Counted from the first letter of the stretch, positions 29,975 to 42,192 are shown. The stretch is 64,000 nt of DNA from Candidatus Multivorans sp. (GCA_965206765.1 OZ242222.1:1191165-1255164), one strand, 5' to 3'. Numbers and translations are program-made. Notes: generated by a model not told the origin, from the letters alone.

Positions 29975-30526
29975 TTACTCCGCAGGCGTCACCGGATTGG
30001 CGGCGTTGTACCGCTCGATGATCAGGTTCGTAATGTCGGCGGCATCGGCCGAGTACAGCAATCCTCCCTGGAACTTGTTGAAGATCGCCGTGTAGCCGAA
30101 CTCCCGGCCGACCTGGGAGATGATCGGCAGAACGGCCTGCTCGATCTCGCCGAACATCTCGCCCTGGAGCTTCTGCATCTCCCGGTTCGCGTCGTCCTGG
30201 GAACGTTGCAGCCCGATGGTCATGTCCTCGAGCTGCTTCTCCATCTCCGCCAGGCGATCTTCAGCCAGGGTCAGGCGGCCGTCGTTGTACTGCTTCTGAA
30301 GTGCCGCCAACTGTTCCTGCTGACTCTGGAGCCGCGTCTGCATCTGGTCTCTGAGCTTGGTCAGTTCCTGGACCGCCACCTGGCCGCGGCCCGATTCCTG
30401 CAGTAGCCGCTCGACCTCGATCACCGCGATCTTGCTCTGGGCGAGGGCCGGTCCCGAGGTCATGGCCCCCAGGAGGACGGCGCCCGCGACGAGGGCGGCG
30501 CGGGTAACGAGTGTGTTGACTTTCAT
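29975..30526 (-). CDS. skp: OmpH/Skp periplasmic chaperone
   Basis: 183 aa, signal peptide plus Q/E/L-rich coiled-coil. It lies immediately downstream of bamA. Confidence 0.8.
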   Translation of the reverse strand: MKVNTLVTRAALVAGAVLLGAMTSGPALAQSKIAVIEVERLLQESGRGQVAVQELTKLRDQMQTRLQSQQEQLAALQKQYNDGRLTLAEDRLAEMEKQLEDMTIGLQRSQDDANREMQKLQGEMFGEIEQAVLPIISQVGREFGYTAIFNKFQGGLLYSADAADITNLIIERYNAANPVTPAE

Positions 30527-30546
30527 GGGGTGTTCTCCGTGGGACC

Positions 30547-32964
30547 TCAGAAGCTGGTCCCGATACTGAAGTCGAAGCTGTCGAAGCGTTCCCGGTCGAG
30601 ACCGCCAAGGCTGTCGAGGGGATTCAGGTTCGTAGCGTAGATGAACCGGAGCGGCGCTCCAAGAATGGGCACGTTAACCCGAAGTTCGATTCCGGCCGAC
30701 ATTCTCATGTGGTTGAAGTCGACGCTCTGGTCGTCGCCGTAGACGTTCCCCGCGTCGAAGAACGCGACCACCCGGAAGGGGCCGTTGACCAACGTGTGGT
30801 GCTCGAGGTTGATCACGACGCTCTTGTTGCCGCCCTGAGGGAAGCCGTTCGCGTCGAGCAGCGTCCGCCCGGTTTCCGGATCGCGCACCCAGATCGACCG
30901 GAAGGCGAAGCCCCGGAGGCTGTTCTCGCCGCCGAGCAGATAGCGGTCGAGGAAGAACAGTTGGCGGAGGTTGCCCTGGTCGTCCGCGCCGAAGGGCTTG
31001 ATGTAGCCGAGTTGAAGGTTCGCCCGGCCTACCGAACGCCACGCCCCCCGCGTCAACGGCACCGTGATCGCGGCCGTCAGCGAGGGCCGGATGAAGAACG
31101 ACTCGCCGCCGAGCGGGCCGCCGGCGTACTCGAGCGAGGCGATCAGACGTTTGCCCTGGGTCGGCTCGAGCCGGCTGTTGTGGCTGTCGTACTGGTAGGT
31201 CGCGGTGACCGAACTCCGGTTGAACTGGAACGCCTGTTCGATCGTGTCGCTCATGGTGTCTTCCTGCTCCTCCGGATTCTCGAAGAAGTAGAACGTCTGC
31301 GACTGGTAGCTCTCGATGTCCATGTTGCTGTAGGCCAACTGGACGAGCTCCCACCGGCGGAACGACCGTCCGAACGAGATGACGCCGCCCGCCTCCTTGC
31401 TGCGGTACCGCTGGTCGGCCAGCAGATCGAAATCCGTCTCCCGGTTGAACAACTGGACGCCGAAGTTCTGCGGCCGGTCCTTGACCCACGGCATGTAGTA
31501 GGACACGTCGAAGATGTCGCGGTAGCGCCCGGTCTGCATCGATACGCCGACCGTCTCGCCGCGGCCGAGGAAGTTGCGGGTGCGCAGAGCCGACTGGACG
31601 AAGAATCCGTCCAGCTCGCTGTAGCCGCCGCCGAACTGGACCTCGGTCTGACCCGCCTCCGTGCCCTTGACGACCAGATTGACCTTCTGGTTGCCGCTGT
31701 CGTAGTTGACCTCGACGGGATCGTCGTCGTTGACCACGTAGTACTCGAGCTGACTGAGCCGCAGCAGGCTGGTGCGGAGCATCCCCGAGTTGAAGACATC
31801 GCCCTCCTTCAGCAGCATCTGGCGGCGGAGAACCCGGTCCCGGGTGCGCTCGTTGCCCGTGAACTCGAGCCGCCCCACCCTGAACTGGTCGTTCTCCTCG
31901 ATCGTCACCAGCAGGTCCGCCACCAGATCCTCGCGTTCGACAATTTCCATCTTCACGTCCGCGAAGATGTAGCCGCTGTTGCGGTAGAGCTCTCCGATCT
32001 GCTCGACTCCCTCATCGACCACGTCCGAACGCAGCCAACCGTCCTGGGGTTCCTTGAACATCTGACGCAGCAGCCCATCCGGCAACACCTCGGCGCCTTC
32101 GATCTCGATCTGACCCAGCTTCCAGCGCGGCCCCTCCTCGATCGGCACAACCAGGGCAAGCTGCCGCTTGCGGCCCTCGAGCCGCTCCGCGTTCGGCTTG
32201 CGCTCGATCACCTCGAGTTCCGGCTCGCCGACCTCGACATCCTTGTAGCCGAAGCGGCGGTAGAGGCCCTTGACCTTGTCGAGATCCTCCTCGACGGTGG
32301 CCGAGTTGAAGACGTCGCGCTTGCGTATCCGGGTCAGTAGATTCGACTTCTTCGTCTTCTCCATCTGGCGGCGGAGCTTGCCGGTGGAGAACACCTCGTT
32401 GCCGTCGAAGTCGACCCGGCCGATCTTGACCCGGCCGCCCTCGTCGACGGTGATCAGAACGCGCTTCTCACCCAGGCCCGCGTCCTGCACCTCCACGTGG
32501 ATCCCGGCGAAGCGGTAGCCCCGCTCTTCGTAGAGCTTCTTGATCGCCTGCTCGAGACGGGCCACCTCGCCAAGGTCGAGCGGGGAACCCTCGTAGACCG
32601 AGATGCGCTCCCGATCCGTCATGTCGCCGATGTCGCTGCGCTTCAGCTTCTTCAGCCCGTCGTAGTCGAGTGAGGTCAGGAGCGGCCGTTCGGTGATCGT
32701 CACCCGAACGCCAACCCCTTCGCCCTCCGCCTCGGCCTCAACGGAGATGTCGTCGATCAGCTCACGCTCCCAGAGCTCCTTGATCCGGTCGTTCAGACGC
32801 CCCGGATCCCAGGGCTTTCCCGGCTCCAGGTCGAGGTAGTAGCTCAGGCTTTCTTCGCTCAGCGTCTCGACGCCGGTGTACTCGACCGACGCGATCGGGC
32901 GCCCGACAAGGAGTTGAGATGCGGCCGGCGACGCCACCAGGAGCACGGCCAAGAGCGCGCCCAT
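30547..32964 (-). CDS. bamA: Outer membrane protein assembly factor BamA
   Basis: POTRA repeats plus a C-terminal 16-strand barrel ending in the aromatic beta-signal (...SIGTSF). Start at the ATG at 32964 (MGALLAVLLVASPAAS). The exact start is uncertain. Confidence 0.85.
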   Translation of the reverse strand: MGALLAVLLVASPAASQLLVGRPIASVEYTGVETLSEESLSYYLDLEPGKPWDPGRLNDRIKELWERELIDDISVEAEAEGEGVGVRVTITERPLLTSLDYDGLKKLKRSDIGDMTDRERISVYEGSPLDLGEVARLEQAIKKLYEERGYRFAGIHVEVQDAGLGEKRVLITVDEGGRVKIGRVDFDGNEVFSTGKLRRQMEKTKKSNLLTRIRKRDVFNSATVEEDLDKVKGLYRRFGYKDVEVGEPELEVIERKPNAERLEGRKRQLALVVPIEEGPRWKLGQIEIEGAEVLPDGLLRQMFKEPQDGWLRSDVVDEGVEQIGELYRNSGYIFADVKMEIVEREDLVADLLVTIEENDQFRVGRLEFTGNERTRDRVLRRQMLLKEGDVFNSGMLRTSLLRLSQLEYYVVNDDDPVEVNYDSGNQKVNLVVKGTEAGQTEVQFGGGYSELDGFFVQSALRTRNFLGRGETVGVSMQTGRYRDIFDVSYYMPWVKDRPQNFGVQLFNRETDFDLLADQRYRSKEAGGVISFGRSFRRWELVQLAYSNMDIESYQSQTFYFFENPEEQEDTMSDTIEQAFQFNRSSVTATYQYDSHNSRLEPTQGKRLIASLEYAGGPLGGESFFIRPSLTAAITVPLTRGAWRSVGRANLQLGYIKPFGADDQGNLRQLFFLDRYLLGGENSLRGFAFRSIWVRDPETGRTLLDANGFPQGGNKSVVINLEHHTLVNGPFRVVAFFDAGNVYGDDQSVDFNHMRMSAGIELRVNVPILGAPLRFIYATNLNPLDSLGGLDRERFDSFDFSIGTSF

Positions 32965-32992
32965 CCACGCCGGGCCCGAGAAGCGGCTTCGA

Positions 32993-35518
32993 TCAGGATT
33001 CGGCAAGAGCAGGTTCCTCCTCACGGGTTGCCAGGTGTTCACCGGCTGCGGCGACTTGCTCGCCGCCGGCGCCCGGAACCACTTCCAGGACCAGTTCCAT
33101 CTCGGCGAGCGAACCCTCGCCGCCGGGTTTCTGCTTCCGGATCGGCGCCAGATCAAACCCGATCCGATGGATCTCCGCGCCGGTGCGCTGGATCAGCAGG
33201 TCGGACACCGCATCCTGGACGTGGCGCTGGATCGTCCGGCGAAGCGGCCGGGCGCCGGTCGACGGGTCGATTCCCGCCTGCTCGAGCAGCCATTCCCGAA
33301 CTGAGGGACTCACATCGACAGCCAGACCTCGTTCGGCCAGGGTCTCGTTCACGTCCGACAGCAGCAGATCGACGATCGCCCGCAGTTCCTCCCGGCCCAG
33401 CGGATTGAACACGATCGTCTCGTCGATCCGGTTGATGAACTCGGGGCTGAAGGAACGGCGGAGTTCGGCTTCGATCTCCTCGCGTATCCGGGCAAAGTCG
33501 TCGTCCGCGGAGAGGCCCCCGAAGCCCACCCGGCTGCCCTTGAGGGCCAGCTTGCTGCCCAGGTTCGAGGTCAGGAGTACGAGAGAGTGGCGGAAGTCGA
33601 CATGGTTGCCGTAGGCGTCCGTCAGCGTCCCCTCCTCCAGGATCTGCAACAGCAGGCTCGCGATGTCCGGGTGCGCCTTCTCGATCTCGTCGAAGAGGAT
33701 CAGCGAGTACGGCTGGCGCCGCACCCGCTCGGTCAACTGGCCGCCCTCTTCGTAGCCGACGTAGCCCGGCGGGGAGCCGATCAGCTTGGACGCCGAGTAC
33801 TTCTCCATGTACTCGCTCATGTCGAATCGCAGCAGGGCGTTCTGGCTGCCGAACAGGAACTCGGCGAGCCGCCGCGCCACCTCCGTCTTGCCGACGCCGC
33901 TCGGCCCCAGGAAGATGAAGGAACCCACCGGGCGCCGGGGATCGGAGACGCCGAGCCGCGACCTGCGGATGGCGCGGCTGATCGCACGGATCGCCCGATC
34001 CTGCCCCACGATTCGCCGCTGTAGCGCCTCTTCCATGTTCATCAGTCGCTGGGCCTCGTCGCTGCGCAGAGCAGCCACGGGCACGCCGGTCCAGGAGGCG
34101 ATCACCTCCTCTACATCCTGGGCAGTCACAACCTGATCTCCAACGCCAAGGTCATGCAACCGCTCCATGCTCTCCAGATCTTCCCGCAGTTCGATTTCAC
34201 GCTCCCGGTAGCGGACCGCGCAGTCGAAGTCCTTGTCGGAAATCGCCGCCTTCATCTCGGCCACCACCTGCCGGATCTCCGTCTCGATCCGGCGCGTCGG
34301 CCGCGTGTCTCTCACCCGGCGCAGCTTGACCCTGGCGCCGGCCTCGTCGATCACGTCGATCGACTTGTCCGGCTGGTAGCGGTCGGGGATGTAGCGGTTC
34401 GACCCGGCAACCGCAGCCCGCAGGGCGCCGTCATCGTAGGCCACCTTGTGGAAGCCCTGGTAGCGCTCCTTGAGCCCCACCAGGATCTCGTACGTCTCAT
34501 CGGCCGTCGGCGGCGCCACCCGGATCGCCTGGAAGCGCCGTAGCAGCGAACGGTCCTTCTCGATGTAGCGCCGGTACTCCCGCTGGGTGGTGGCGCCGAT
34601 GCAGGCGACGTCGCCTCTCGACAGGGCCGGTTTGAGGATGTTCGCCGCGTCGAGCGACCCCTCGGCCGAGCCCGCCCCGACCAGGGCGTGAATCTCGTCG
34701 ACGAAGACGAGCACGTCCTCGGCCTCCTCCAACTCCTTGAGGATGCCCTTCAGACGCTCCTCGAACTGGCCCCGGTACTTCGTGCCGGCGACGATCAGCG
34801 ACAGGTCGAGGGCGACGATGCGCTTGCTCGCCAGGAAACTCGGCACCCGGCCCATCACGACGCGCTGCGCCAGCCCTTCGACGATCGCCGTCTTGCCGAC
34901 CCCCGGTTCGCCGAGCAGGATGGGGTTGTTCTTCGTTCGCCGGGCGAGGATCTGAACGATCCGCCCGACCTCCTCCTCTCGGCCGATGAGCGGATCGAAA
35001 TGATCCTGCTGAGCCAGCGCGGTCAGGTCGCGGCCGAACTCCTGAAGATAGGGCAGTTCCTGCTTGCCGCGCCGGTTGGCCCGCTCCCGCGCCACCTGGG
35101 CGACCTCTTCGCGCACCGTCGCGATATCGAACCCGTACTGAACCAGGATGCGTTGGGCCAGACAGCCCTCGACCCGGAGCACCCCGATCAGCAGATGCTC
35201 CGAACCGACCGAGGAGTGGACCATGCTCTCGGCCTCGTGCGAGGCGAACGCGAGGATCTTCTTCGACTCCTCCGAGAGCGGCAACTCCGCGGTCGACGAG
35301 ATCCGCTCGACGAACACCCGCTCTCCCTCGATCTCGTGGCGGAGGTCCTCCTGTTTGACCCCGAGCCGCTGGAGCAGCTCGGTGATCGAGTCCTCGCCCT
35401 CCCGCAGGATGCCGAGCAGGATGTGCTCCGACTCGATGACCCGGCTGCCGAGCTTGCTCGCCTCGTAGCGGGCGAAGAACAGCGCTCGGCGCGCCTTTTC
35501 GTTGTATTTCTCGAACAC
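32993..35518 (-). CDS. clpC: ATP-dependent Clp protease ATP-binding subunit ClpC (two AAA+ modules, UVR motif)
   Basis: Double Clp_N repeats, two Walker A motifs ([16 protein letters not shown]) and a UVR linker. Confidence 0.9.
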   Translation of the reverse strand: MFEKYNEKARRALFFARYEASKLGSRVIESEHILLGILREGEDSITELLQRLGVKQEDLRHEIEGERVFVERISSTAELPLSEESKKILAFASHEAESMVHSSVGSEHLLIGVLRVEGCLAQRILVQYGFDIATVREEVAQVARERANRRGKQELPYLQEFGRDLTALAQQDHFDPLIGREEEVGRIVQILARRTKNNPILLGEPGVGKTAIVEGLAQRVVMGRVPSFLASKRIVALDLSLIVAGTKYRGQFEERLKGILKELEEAEDVLVFVDEIHALVGAGSAEGSLDAANILKPALSRGDVACIGATTQREYRRYIEKDRSLLRRFQAIRVAPPTADETYEILVGLKERYQGFHKVAYDDGALRAAVAGSNRYIPDRYQPDKSIDVIDEAGARVKLRRVRDTRPTRRIETEIRQVVAEMKAAISDKDFDCAVRYREREIELREDLESMERLHDLGVGDQVVTAQDVEEVIASWTGVPVAALRSDEAQRLMNMEEALQRRIVGQDRAIRAISRAIRRSRLGVSDPRRPVGSFIFLGPSGVGKTEVARRLAEFLFGSQNALLRFDMSEYMEKYSASKLIGSPPGYVGYEEGGQLTERVRRQPYSLILFDEIEKAHPDIASLLLQILEEGTLTDAYGNHVDFRHSLVLLTSNLGSKLALKGSRVGFGGLSADDDFARIREEIEAELRRSFSPEFINRIDETIVFNPLGREELRAIVDLLLSDVNETLAERGLAVDVSPSVREWLLEQAGIDPSTGARPLRRTIQRHVQDAVSDLLIQRTGAEIHRIGFDLAPIRKQKPGGEGSLAEMELVLEVVPGAGGEQVAAAGEHLATREEEPALAES

Positions 35519-35599
35519 GGAATCACCTGCTCATGGCGCTGCGCGCCCGGCTCTGCCCGCAGTCTATCGACGTGGCCGGTTCGCCGGGCGCTCCAGCAC

Positions 35600-36268
35600 T
35601 CAAACCGGCGTCAACCGCCCCTGGTCCAGTTGCAGGATCCTGCCGCACCGACGGGCCACATCGGGGTTGTGGGTCACCACCACCATGGTGGTTTCGCGCC
35701 GCCGCTGAAGGCCGCTCAGCATCTCCAGCACCTGCGCTCCGCTGGCCGCGTCCAGGTTGCCGGTCGGTTCGTCGGCAAGCAGCACCGGGGGTTCGAGCAT
35801 CAGCGCGCGACAGATTGCCACCCGCTGCCGCTCGCCGCCCGAGAGCTGCTGGGGAAAGTCGGCGGCGCGGTCCCGAAGCCCCACCTGGTCGAGCAGCTCC
35901 AGCCCCTCCGTCTGCAGCGCCGCCGCGGAGCGGCCCGCGATCCGTCCCGGCATGATCACGTTCTCGACCGCCGTGAAGTCGGGCAGCAACTGGTGGAACT
36001 GGAACACAAAGCCGAGGGAGCGGTTGCGGAACCCGGCCAGCGCCGCCGGCCTCGAGGCCGAGAGTTCCACACCGTCGATGCGGACCGTGCCGGCGTCGGC
36101 GGTGTCGAGCGCCCCGAGAATGTTCAGCAGCGTCGACTTCCCCGAGCCCGAAGGGCCGACGATGGCGGCCGTGTCGCCGCGGCCGAGCTCGAGATCGACG
36201 CCGCGCAGCACGTGGCGCCGGATCTCGCCGTCGCGGTAGGCCTTGGCGACTCCGGAAACGGAGATCAC
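35600..36268 (-). CDS. lolD: ABC transporter ATP-binding protein, LolD/MacB family
   Basis: GPSGSGKST, LSGGERQRVAICRAL, LLADEPTGNLD. Confidence 0.8.
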   Translation of the reverse strand: MISVSGVAKAYRDGEIRRHVLRGVDLELGRGDTAAIVGPSGSGKSTLLNILGALDTADAGTVRIDGVELSASRPAALAGFRNRSLGFVFQFHQLLPDFTAVENVIMPGRIAGRSAAALQTEGLELLDQVGLRDRAADFPQQLSGGERQRVAICRALMLEPPVLLADEPTGNLDAASGAQVLEMLSGLQRRRETTMVVVTHNPDVARRCGRILQLDQGRLTPV

Positions 36269-37449
36269 GTCCGGGCGCTCCGCATCGCCTCGACCGGATC
36301 CATGCGGCTCGCCCTGCGCGCGCTCAGGAGCGAAGCCGCGCCCGTGAACACGATCGTGGAAACCACCACGACGAGCACGTCCCTGCCCCGAACCAGGAAC
36401 GGCACATAGTCGACGATGTACACGTCCGACGGCAGCGAAAGGACCCGGAAGCGGTCCAGCAACACGGCCACGCCCGCGCCCACGACGCCGCCAAGACCGG
36501 CGCCGCCCACCGAGAGCAGCGCGCCGAGAGCCAGGAAGAGTCGCTGCAGCCGGGCCGGCGGCGCCCCCATCGCGGCGAGCACGCCGACTTCGGAGCGCTT
36601 GCTCGAGAGCACCAGGGACAGCGCGGCGAGCAGCGCGAAAGCCGCCACCGCCACGATCAGCGCCACCGCCGAGAACACGAGGCTCTTCTCAAGCCGCAGG
36701 ACGAACAGCAACGCCCGATTGGCCTGCCGCCAGGTTGTCACCGTGCCCTCGTCCGCGGGAATCGCCGCGCGCAGGTCGGCGGCCACGCGCTCCGGATCGG
36801 CGGCCGGGGCCAGGGTCAGATCAAGCCGGCGGTCACCGCCCGCGAAGAGGGCCGAGGCCTGCTCGAGTGGCAGCAGCACCGGCAGGTCTTCGTATTTGGC
36901 GCGGCCGGAGTCATAGATCGCAGCCACCGGCAGCGTCCGCATCCGCGGCCGCGCCCCTACCGGCGTCAGTCCGGGCCGGGGCGAGACCACCCGCGCCGTG
37001 CCGCCAACCGCCAGCCCCATCCGCAGAGCAACGGAGACCGGCACGATCAGGCCCGGAACAGCAGCCTCGTCGACCGGAATCCAGGCCGGCGGCGTCTTTT
37101 CGTAGCCCACCACCTCGACCGCCTGCACACCCGTCCTGTCGGCCAGCCAGCCGCGGGCGTACAGCAGTTCCTGCGCCGCTGCAACGTCGTCCACGGCAAT
37201 CACCCGGTCGACGAGCGAGGCGGCCGCGCCATCCGCGCCGCCTCCCAGTTCCACCTGCAGCGCCGGTGTGTGTTGCGCAAGGTCTCGCAGCAGGTGGTTC
37301 TGAAAACCCGAGAGCGCCGCCAAAGCCAGGACCAGCGCCGCCGTCCCCACCGCCAGACCGCCGGCGGTCAGCGAGGACAGCACGCGGATGTGGGCGTCCG
37401 CGCGGGTTGAACGGAAGTACCTCAGCGCGACATGCCAGACAAACCCCAC
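36265..37449 (-). CDS. ABC transporter permease with FtsX-like domain (LolC/E family)
   Basis: 394 aa, an N-terminal TM, a large periplasmic domain, and a C-terminal three-TM FtsX bundle ending in SRMDPVEAMR. Confidence 0.75.
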   Translation of the reverse strand: MGFVWHVALRYFRSTRADAHIRVLSSLTAGGLAVGTAALVLALAALSGFQNHLLRDLAQHTPALQVELGGGADGAAASLVDRVIAVDDVAAAQELLYARGWLADRTGVQAVEVVGYEKTPPAWIPVDEAAVPGLIVPVSVALRMGLAVGGTARVVSPRPGLTPVGARPRMRTLPVAAIYDSGRAKYEDLPVLLPLEQASALFAGGDRRLDLTLAPAADPERVAADLRAAIPADEGTVTTWRQANRALLFVLRLEKSLVFSAVALIVAVAAFALLAALSLVLSSKRSEVGVLAAMGAPPARLQRLFLALGALLSVGGAGLGGVVGAGVAVLLDRFRVLSLPSDVYIVDYVPFLVRGRDVLVVVVSTIVFTGAASLLSARRASRMDPVEAMRSART

Positions 37450-37476
37450 GGCAGCGCGAGGCTATCCGCAGAGGCG

Positions 37477-38025
37477 CTACTCCGCTTCCACCTCCGCCTC
37501 GTCCAGCACGCCGATGTAGGGCAGGTTGCGGTAGCGGTCGTTGTAGTCGAGGCCGTAGCCGACCACGAACACGTCATCGACCTCGAAGCCGCGGTAGTGG
37601 ATCTGGACCGCCGTCTCCCGCTTGCAGGCCTTGTCCAGCAGTACGCAGAGGCGAACCGAACGGGCGCCACGGAAACCCATCAGCGCCATGATCGTGCGCA
37701 TCGTGTAGCCCGTGTCGACGATGTCCTCGATCAGCAGGACATCGCGCCCGGCCAATGAGTGGTCGAGGTCGCGCCGGATCCGCACCTCGCCGTGCGAGGT
37801 CGTCTCACCCCGGTAGCTCGAGGTCTGGAAGAAGTCGACCACCAGCGGCCGCGACAGTCGCTGCACCAGATCGGTGAGGAAGAACACCGAACCCTTGAGC
37901 ACACCCACGCAGAGGAGGTCCCTGCTGTCGGCGTAGTCGCGTTCGATCTCGGCCGCCAGCTCGTCGATCCGACGCTGCAGCGTCTCCGTCGAAATGAGCT
38001 CCCGGGGCATTCCGTTGTCGGTCAT
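37477..38025 (-). CDS. hpt: Hypoxanthine phosphoribosyltransferase
   Basis: 182 aa, PRPP motif VLLIEDIVDTGYTM. Confidence 0.9.
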   Translation of the reverse strand: MTDNGMPRELISTETLQRRIDELAAEIERDYADSRDLLCVGVLKGSVFFLTDLVQRLSRPLVVDFFQTSSYRGETTSHGEVRIRRDLDHSLAGRDVLLIEDIVDTGYTMRTIMALMGFRGARSVRLCVLLDKACKRETAVQIHYRGFEVDDVFVVGYGLDYNDRYRNLPYIGVLDEAEVEAE

Positions 38026-38105
38026 CGATCACCTCGCGCGCCGCCGCCGAACGACAGGCCGGTCGTGTATCGTCTCCCCCCACTCCGCGACGGGGGATCA
38101 AGGGC

Positions 38106-38978
38106 GTGAATCTGCGCAAGAATACAGGGCCAGACACGGGTCTCTCCGCCGAACTCGAAGAGAGCCGGAAACGCTGGCTCGACGCGGGGTGGCCCCGGCC
38201 TGACGCCCTCCTGGTCACCGGCTCCGGCTTGAGCCTCGATCTTGGCGTGCCGGCGGCCGGTCCGTGGCCGTTCGGCGACCTGCTCCCGTTCGATGTCGAG
38301 GCGATCGAGGGCCACGCCACGACCGCCGAAGTGGTCGAAACGCGGGACGGACGGTTCGTGCTCTATTGCCGCGGCCGGCTCCACGCCTACCAGGGCTACA
38401 CGCCGGCGCAGGTCGTGTACATGGTGCGTCTCGCGGCCCTGCTCGGCGCCGGTTCGCTCGTGATCACCAACGCGGCCGGCTCGCTGCGGCGTGATCTGCC
38501 GCCGGGATCGATCGCGGCGATTACCGATCACGTGAACCTGACCGGTCTGAATCCGCTCCGCGGCCGCCTGCCGGCAAGCTGGGGACCCCGGTTTCCGGAC
38601 CTGGCCTGGGCCTACGACCCGGCCCTGCGCCGCCGTTTCGCCGAACTCGGCCGTGACGCGGGAATCGCAGTAGGCGTTGGGGTTTACCTCGGCCTGCTCG
38701 GGCCTTCGTACGAGACGCCGGCCGAGATCCGCGCCTACCAGAACCTTGGCGTCGACCTGGTCGGCATGTCGACGGTCCTGGAAGTGATCGCGGCCCGCCA
38801 CATGGGCCTCCGCGTGCTCGGCTTCTCCCTGGTCACGAACATGGGCGTCGGCCTCGAGGAAGGCCCCGTCGACCACGAGGACGTGTTGCGGATCGGCAGC
38901 AACGCCGGGGCAGCCATCGCACGCCTGACCTCCGACCTGATCGACGATGGCGTTCTCTGGAACGCCAAGTCAGACTGA
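38106..38978 (+). CDS. Purine nucleoside phosphorylase (PNP/MTAP family)
   Basis: GTG start at 38106. Motifs LVTGSGL, GMSTVLEVIAAR. Confidence 0.8.
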   Translation: MNLRKNTGPDTGLSAELEESRKRWLDAGWPRPDALLVTGSGLSLDLGVPAAGPWPFGDLLPFDVEAIEGHATTAEVVETRDGRFVLYCRGRLHAYQGYTPAQVVYMVRLAALLGAGSLVITNAAGSLRRDLPPGSIAAITDHVNLTGLNPLRGRLPASWGPRFPDLAWAYDPALRRRFAELGRDAGIAVGVGVYLGLLGPSYETPAEIRAYQNLGVDLVGMSTVLEVIAARHMGLRVLGFSLVTNMGVGLEEGPVDHEDVLRIGSNAGAAIARLTSDLIDDGVLWNAKSD

Positions 38979-38981
38979 GCC

Positions 38982-40469
<1,488 letters not shown>

Positions 40470-40596
40470 CGTTGGCGCAGGGACATGCGCCTTCTGGCAC
40501 CGAACAGCGCAGAGTCGCCTACCGATCCCTCCGTGAGGCTGCGTCATTCGGTGATTGGCCCAGTTCGCGCCCTCGCACGGCGCTCCTGAAGCGATG

Positions 40597-41439
40597 TTAT
40601 CGCCCGGGCCCGACCCTCATGTCATCAACCCGAGCCACGGGCACAATCTCCACACCGCGCCCCTTGCTATAGAGGAACAGGTACCGCGAGTTACCGCCGA
40701 TAATGCTCCAAGAGTGGTGCGTGTAGGTACGCTCCGCCGTGTGTACCACAAAGGCGCTCCCGGGATTGTCCTTCACCTCGGCAATCCGAAGGTGGGCGCC
40801 ACCAAGGAGGCTTGAGGTAAACCCTATCGTGAACACCGCCAGGAAGATCATCACTCCCGTGCCGTGGAATCGCCTACTCAGGAGTACGACCGGAACATAG
40901 GCGATGCTGATCGCAATCAGGGGCATCCACCTGAGCAGCTGAAAACCTTCGTCACCCGGGGCATAGGAGAGAGCTACAAGCGCAACGAACGCCACTATGG
41001 TCAGCCAAGAGGTGATGGACCCCTGCCAAAAGCGCTCGTGCCGGTACACCGAAACTGCTGGCGAGGCAGTCTGCCATGGCTGCGCACCAAGAAGCCACCC
41101 GAGCATGCCGACGGCGGCATGCCGGAGTTGGTCGATGCTACTCGAGACGTAGTCAGTCACGTGGAAGAAGTCACCCACGTCCACGCCGAAATGTCCATAC
41201 AGGACGTGTACATGTAGGTATCCCGACACCAAGAAGGTCGCTGATAGCCACCAACCCAACAACGACAACTCCTTGGCCGGAAAGAGAGTCCTTCCTGACG
41301 ACGAAGAGGCTAGGGCACTACGCTGTCTCCGGAACTCCTTGACCGCAAGCCTGTAGACTTGCGCCACCCACTCCTCTACTTGGAACCGCGGAGGAATCAG
41401 TGGGCGCGTCTCCGTCTTCGCCCGCGGGACCCTCGTCAC
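40597..41439 (-). CDS. Hypothetical polytopic membrane protein (5 predicted TM helices plus a C-terminal soluble domain of about 60 aa)
   Basis: 280-aa ORF in the low-GC island with no recognisable motifs. Its start may be downstream of 41439, given the overlap with the upstream ORF. Confidence 0.5.
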   Translation of the reverse strand: MTRVPRAKTETRPLIPPRFQVEEWVAQVYRLAVKEFRRQRSALASSSSGRTLFPAKELSLLGWWLSATFLVSGYLHVHVLYGHFGVDVGDFFHVTDYVSSSIDQLRHAAVGMLGWLLGAQPWQTASPAVSVYRHERFWQGSITSWLTIVAFVALVALSYAPGDEGFQLLRWMPLIAISIAYVPVVLLSRRFHGTGVMIFLAVFTIGFTSSLLGGAHLRIAEVKDNPGSAFVVHTAERTYTHHSWSIIGGNSRYLFLYSKGRGVEIVPVARVDDMRVGPGR

Positions 41440-41821
41440 TCCCGACGCGCGACGACACGAAACTTGCCATCAGGAGGTACCAGCGCCGATACCGTCCACA
41501 CTGGTCGTTCGACCGAAGCCACTCCGCCCACTCCGTCTGCCGCGCCCGCCGGGTCAGGCGAGACTCCGTCACCAAGCGACTATCGAAGAGGTCACCTATT
41601 TCCTCACGGATTTCACGATCGAGAACGTCGTCTCTTCTTTCAACACCGAGACCGAAGTGCAATCGCAGTCTCAGAGCCGCCGCGTGCTGCAGCAGTCCGC
41701 GCGCTTGGCGCGCGCGGTCCACCAGCATTCTAGTCCGGAGAGGGTCGAGCCAACGTCGCAGTAGAGCAACCGCCGAAAGTGCGTAGACCAACCTAAGCAT
41801 AGAGTCCTTCCGTAGTGTCAC
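41318..41821 (-). CDS. Hypothetical protein (167 aa), island-encoded
   Basis: ORF with atypical codon usage. It has a hydrophobic N-terminus and a charged helical middle. It overlaps the downstream gene by about 120 nt, so the boundaries are uncertain. Confidence 0.35.
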   Translation of the reverse strand: MTLRKDSMLRLVYALSAVALLRRWLDPLRTRMLVDRARQARGLLQHAAALRLRLHFGLGVERRDDVLDREIREEIGDLFDSRLVTESRLTRRARQTEWAEWLRSNDQCGRYRRWYLLMASFVSSRVGSDEGPAGEDGDAPTDSSAVPSRGVGGASLQACGQGVPETA

Positions 41822-42192
41822 CGTGGGGCATACCTCGCTTCTAGCGGGTTGCCTGCGGCATCTTAGCCGGGCTTGATCGGGACGAGCCCCACCCCGCGGC
41901 TTGCTGGTCCCGGCAAGCAGGGCGCGCGACCGGCCGACTTACAAGCCGTACCTCCCGCGGACCGAAACGGGCGGCGGCTTGGCCTACGCGACGCTCCAGC
42001 GGATCCGCCTCAACGGTAGGGGGCACGACCAGGACAACTGGCGGGGAGCCTGGGGAACTCCGCCAACCTCAGGCAGAGGTCCCTCAGTCGCCGCCGAGTG
42101 TATGCTCGGCCACGGCCCCCGCCTGAGGGAGTCCGCTAAGAGCAACCCACCTTGACCCGGCGTAACAGCGCCAACGACGACCGCGCACCGCC

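Noticed and set aside
40555-40815. 86-aa + strand ORF at the left edge of the island
   Set aside because: It lies entirely inside and antisense to the 40597..41439 membrane-protein gene and has no features of its own.
41841-42192. C-protein (controller) gene upstream of the methyltransferase
   Set aside because: The only ORF there (41901..42155 +, 84 aa) has no helix-turn-helix character and looks like GC-driven noise.
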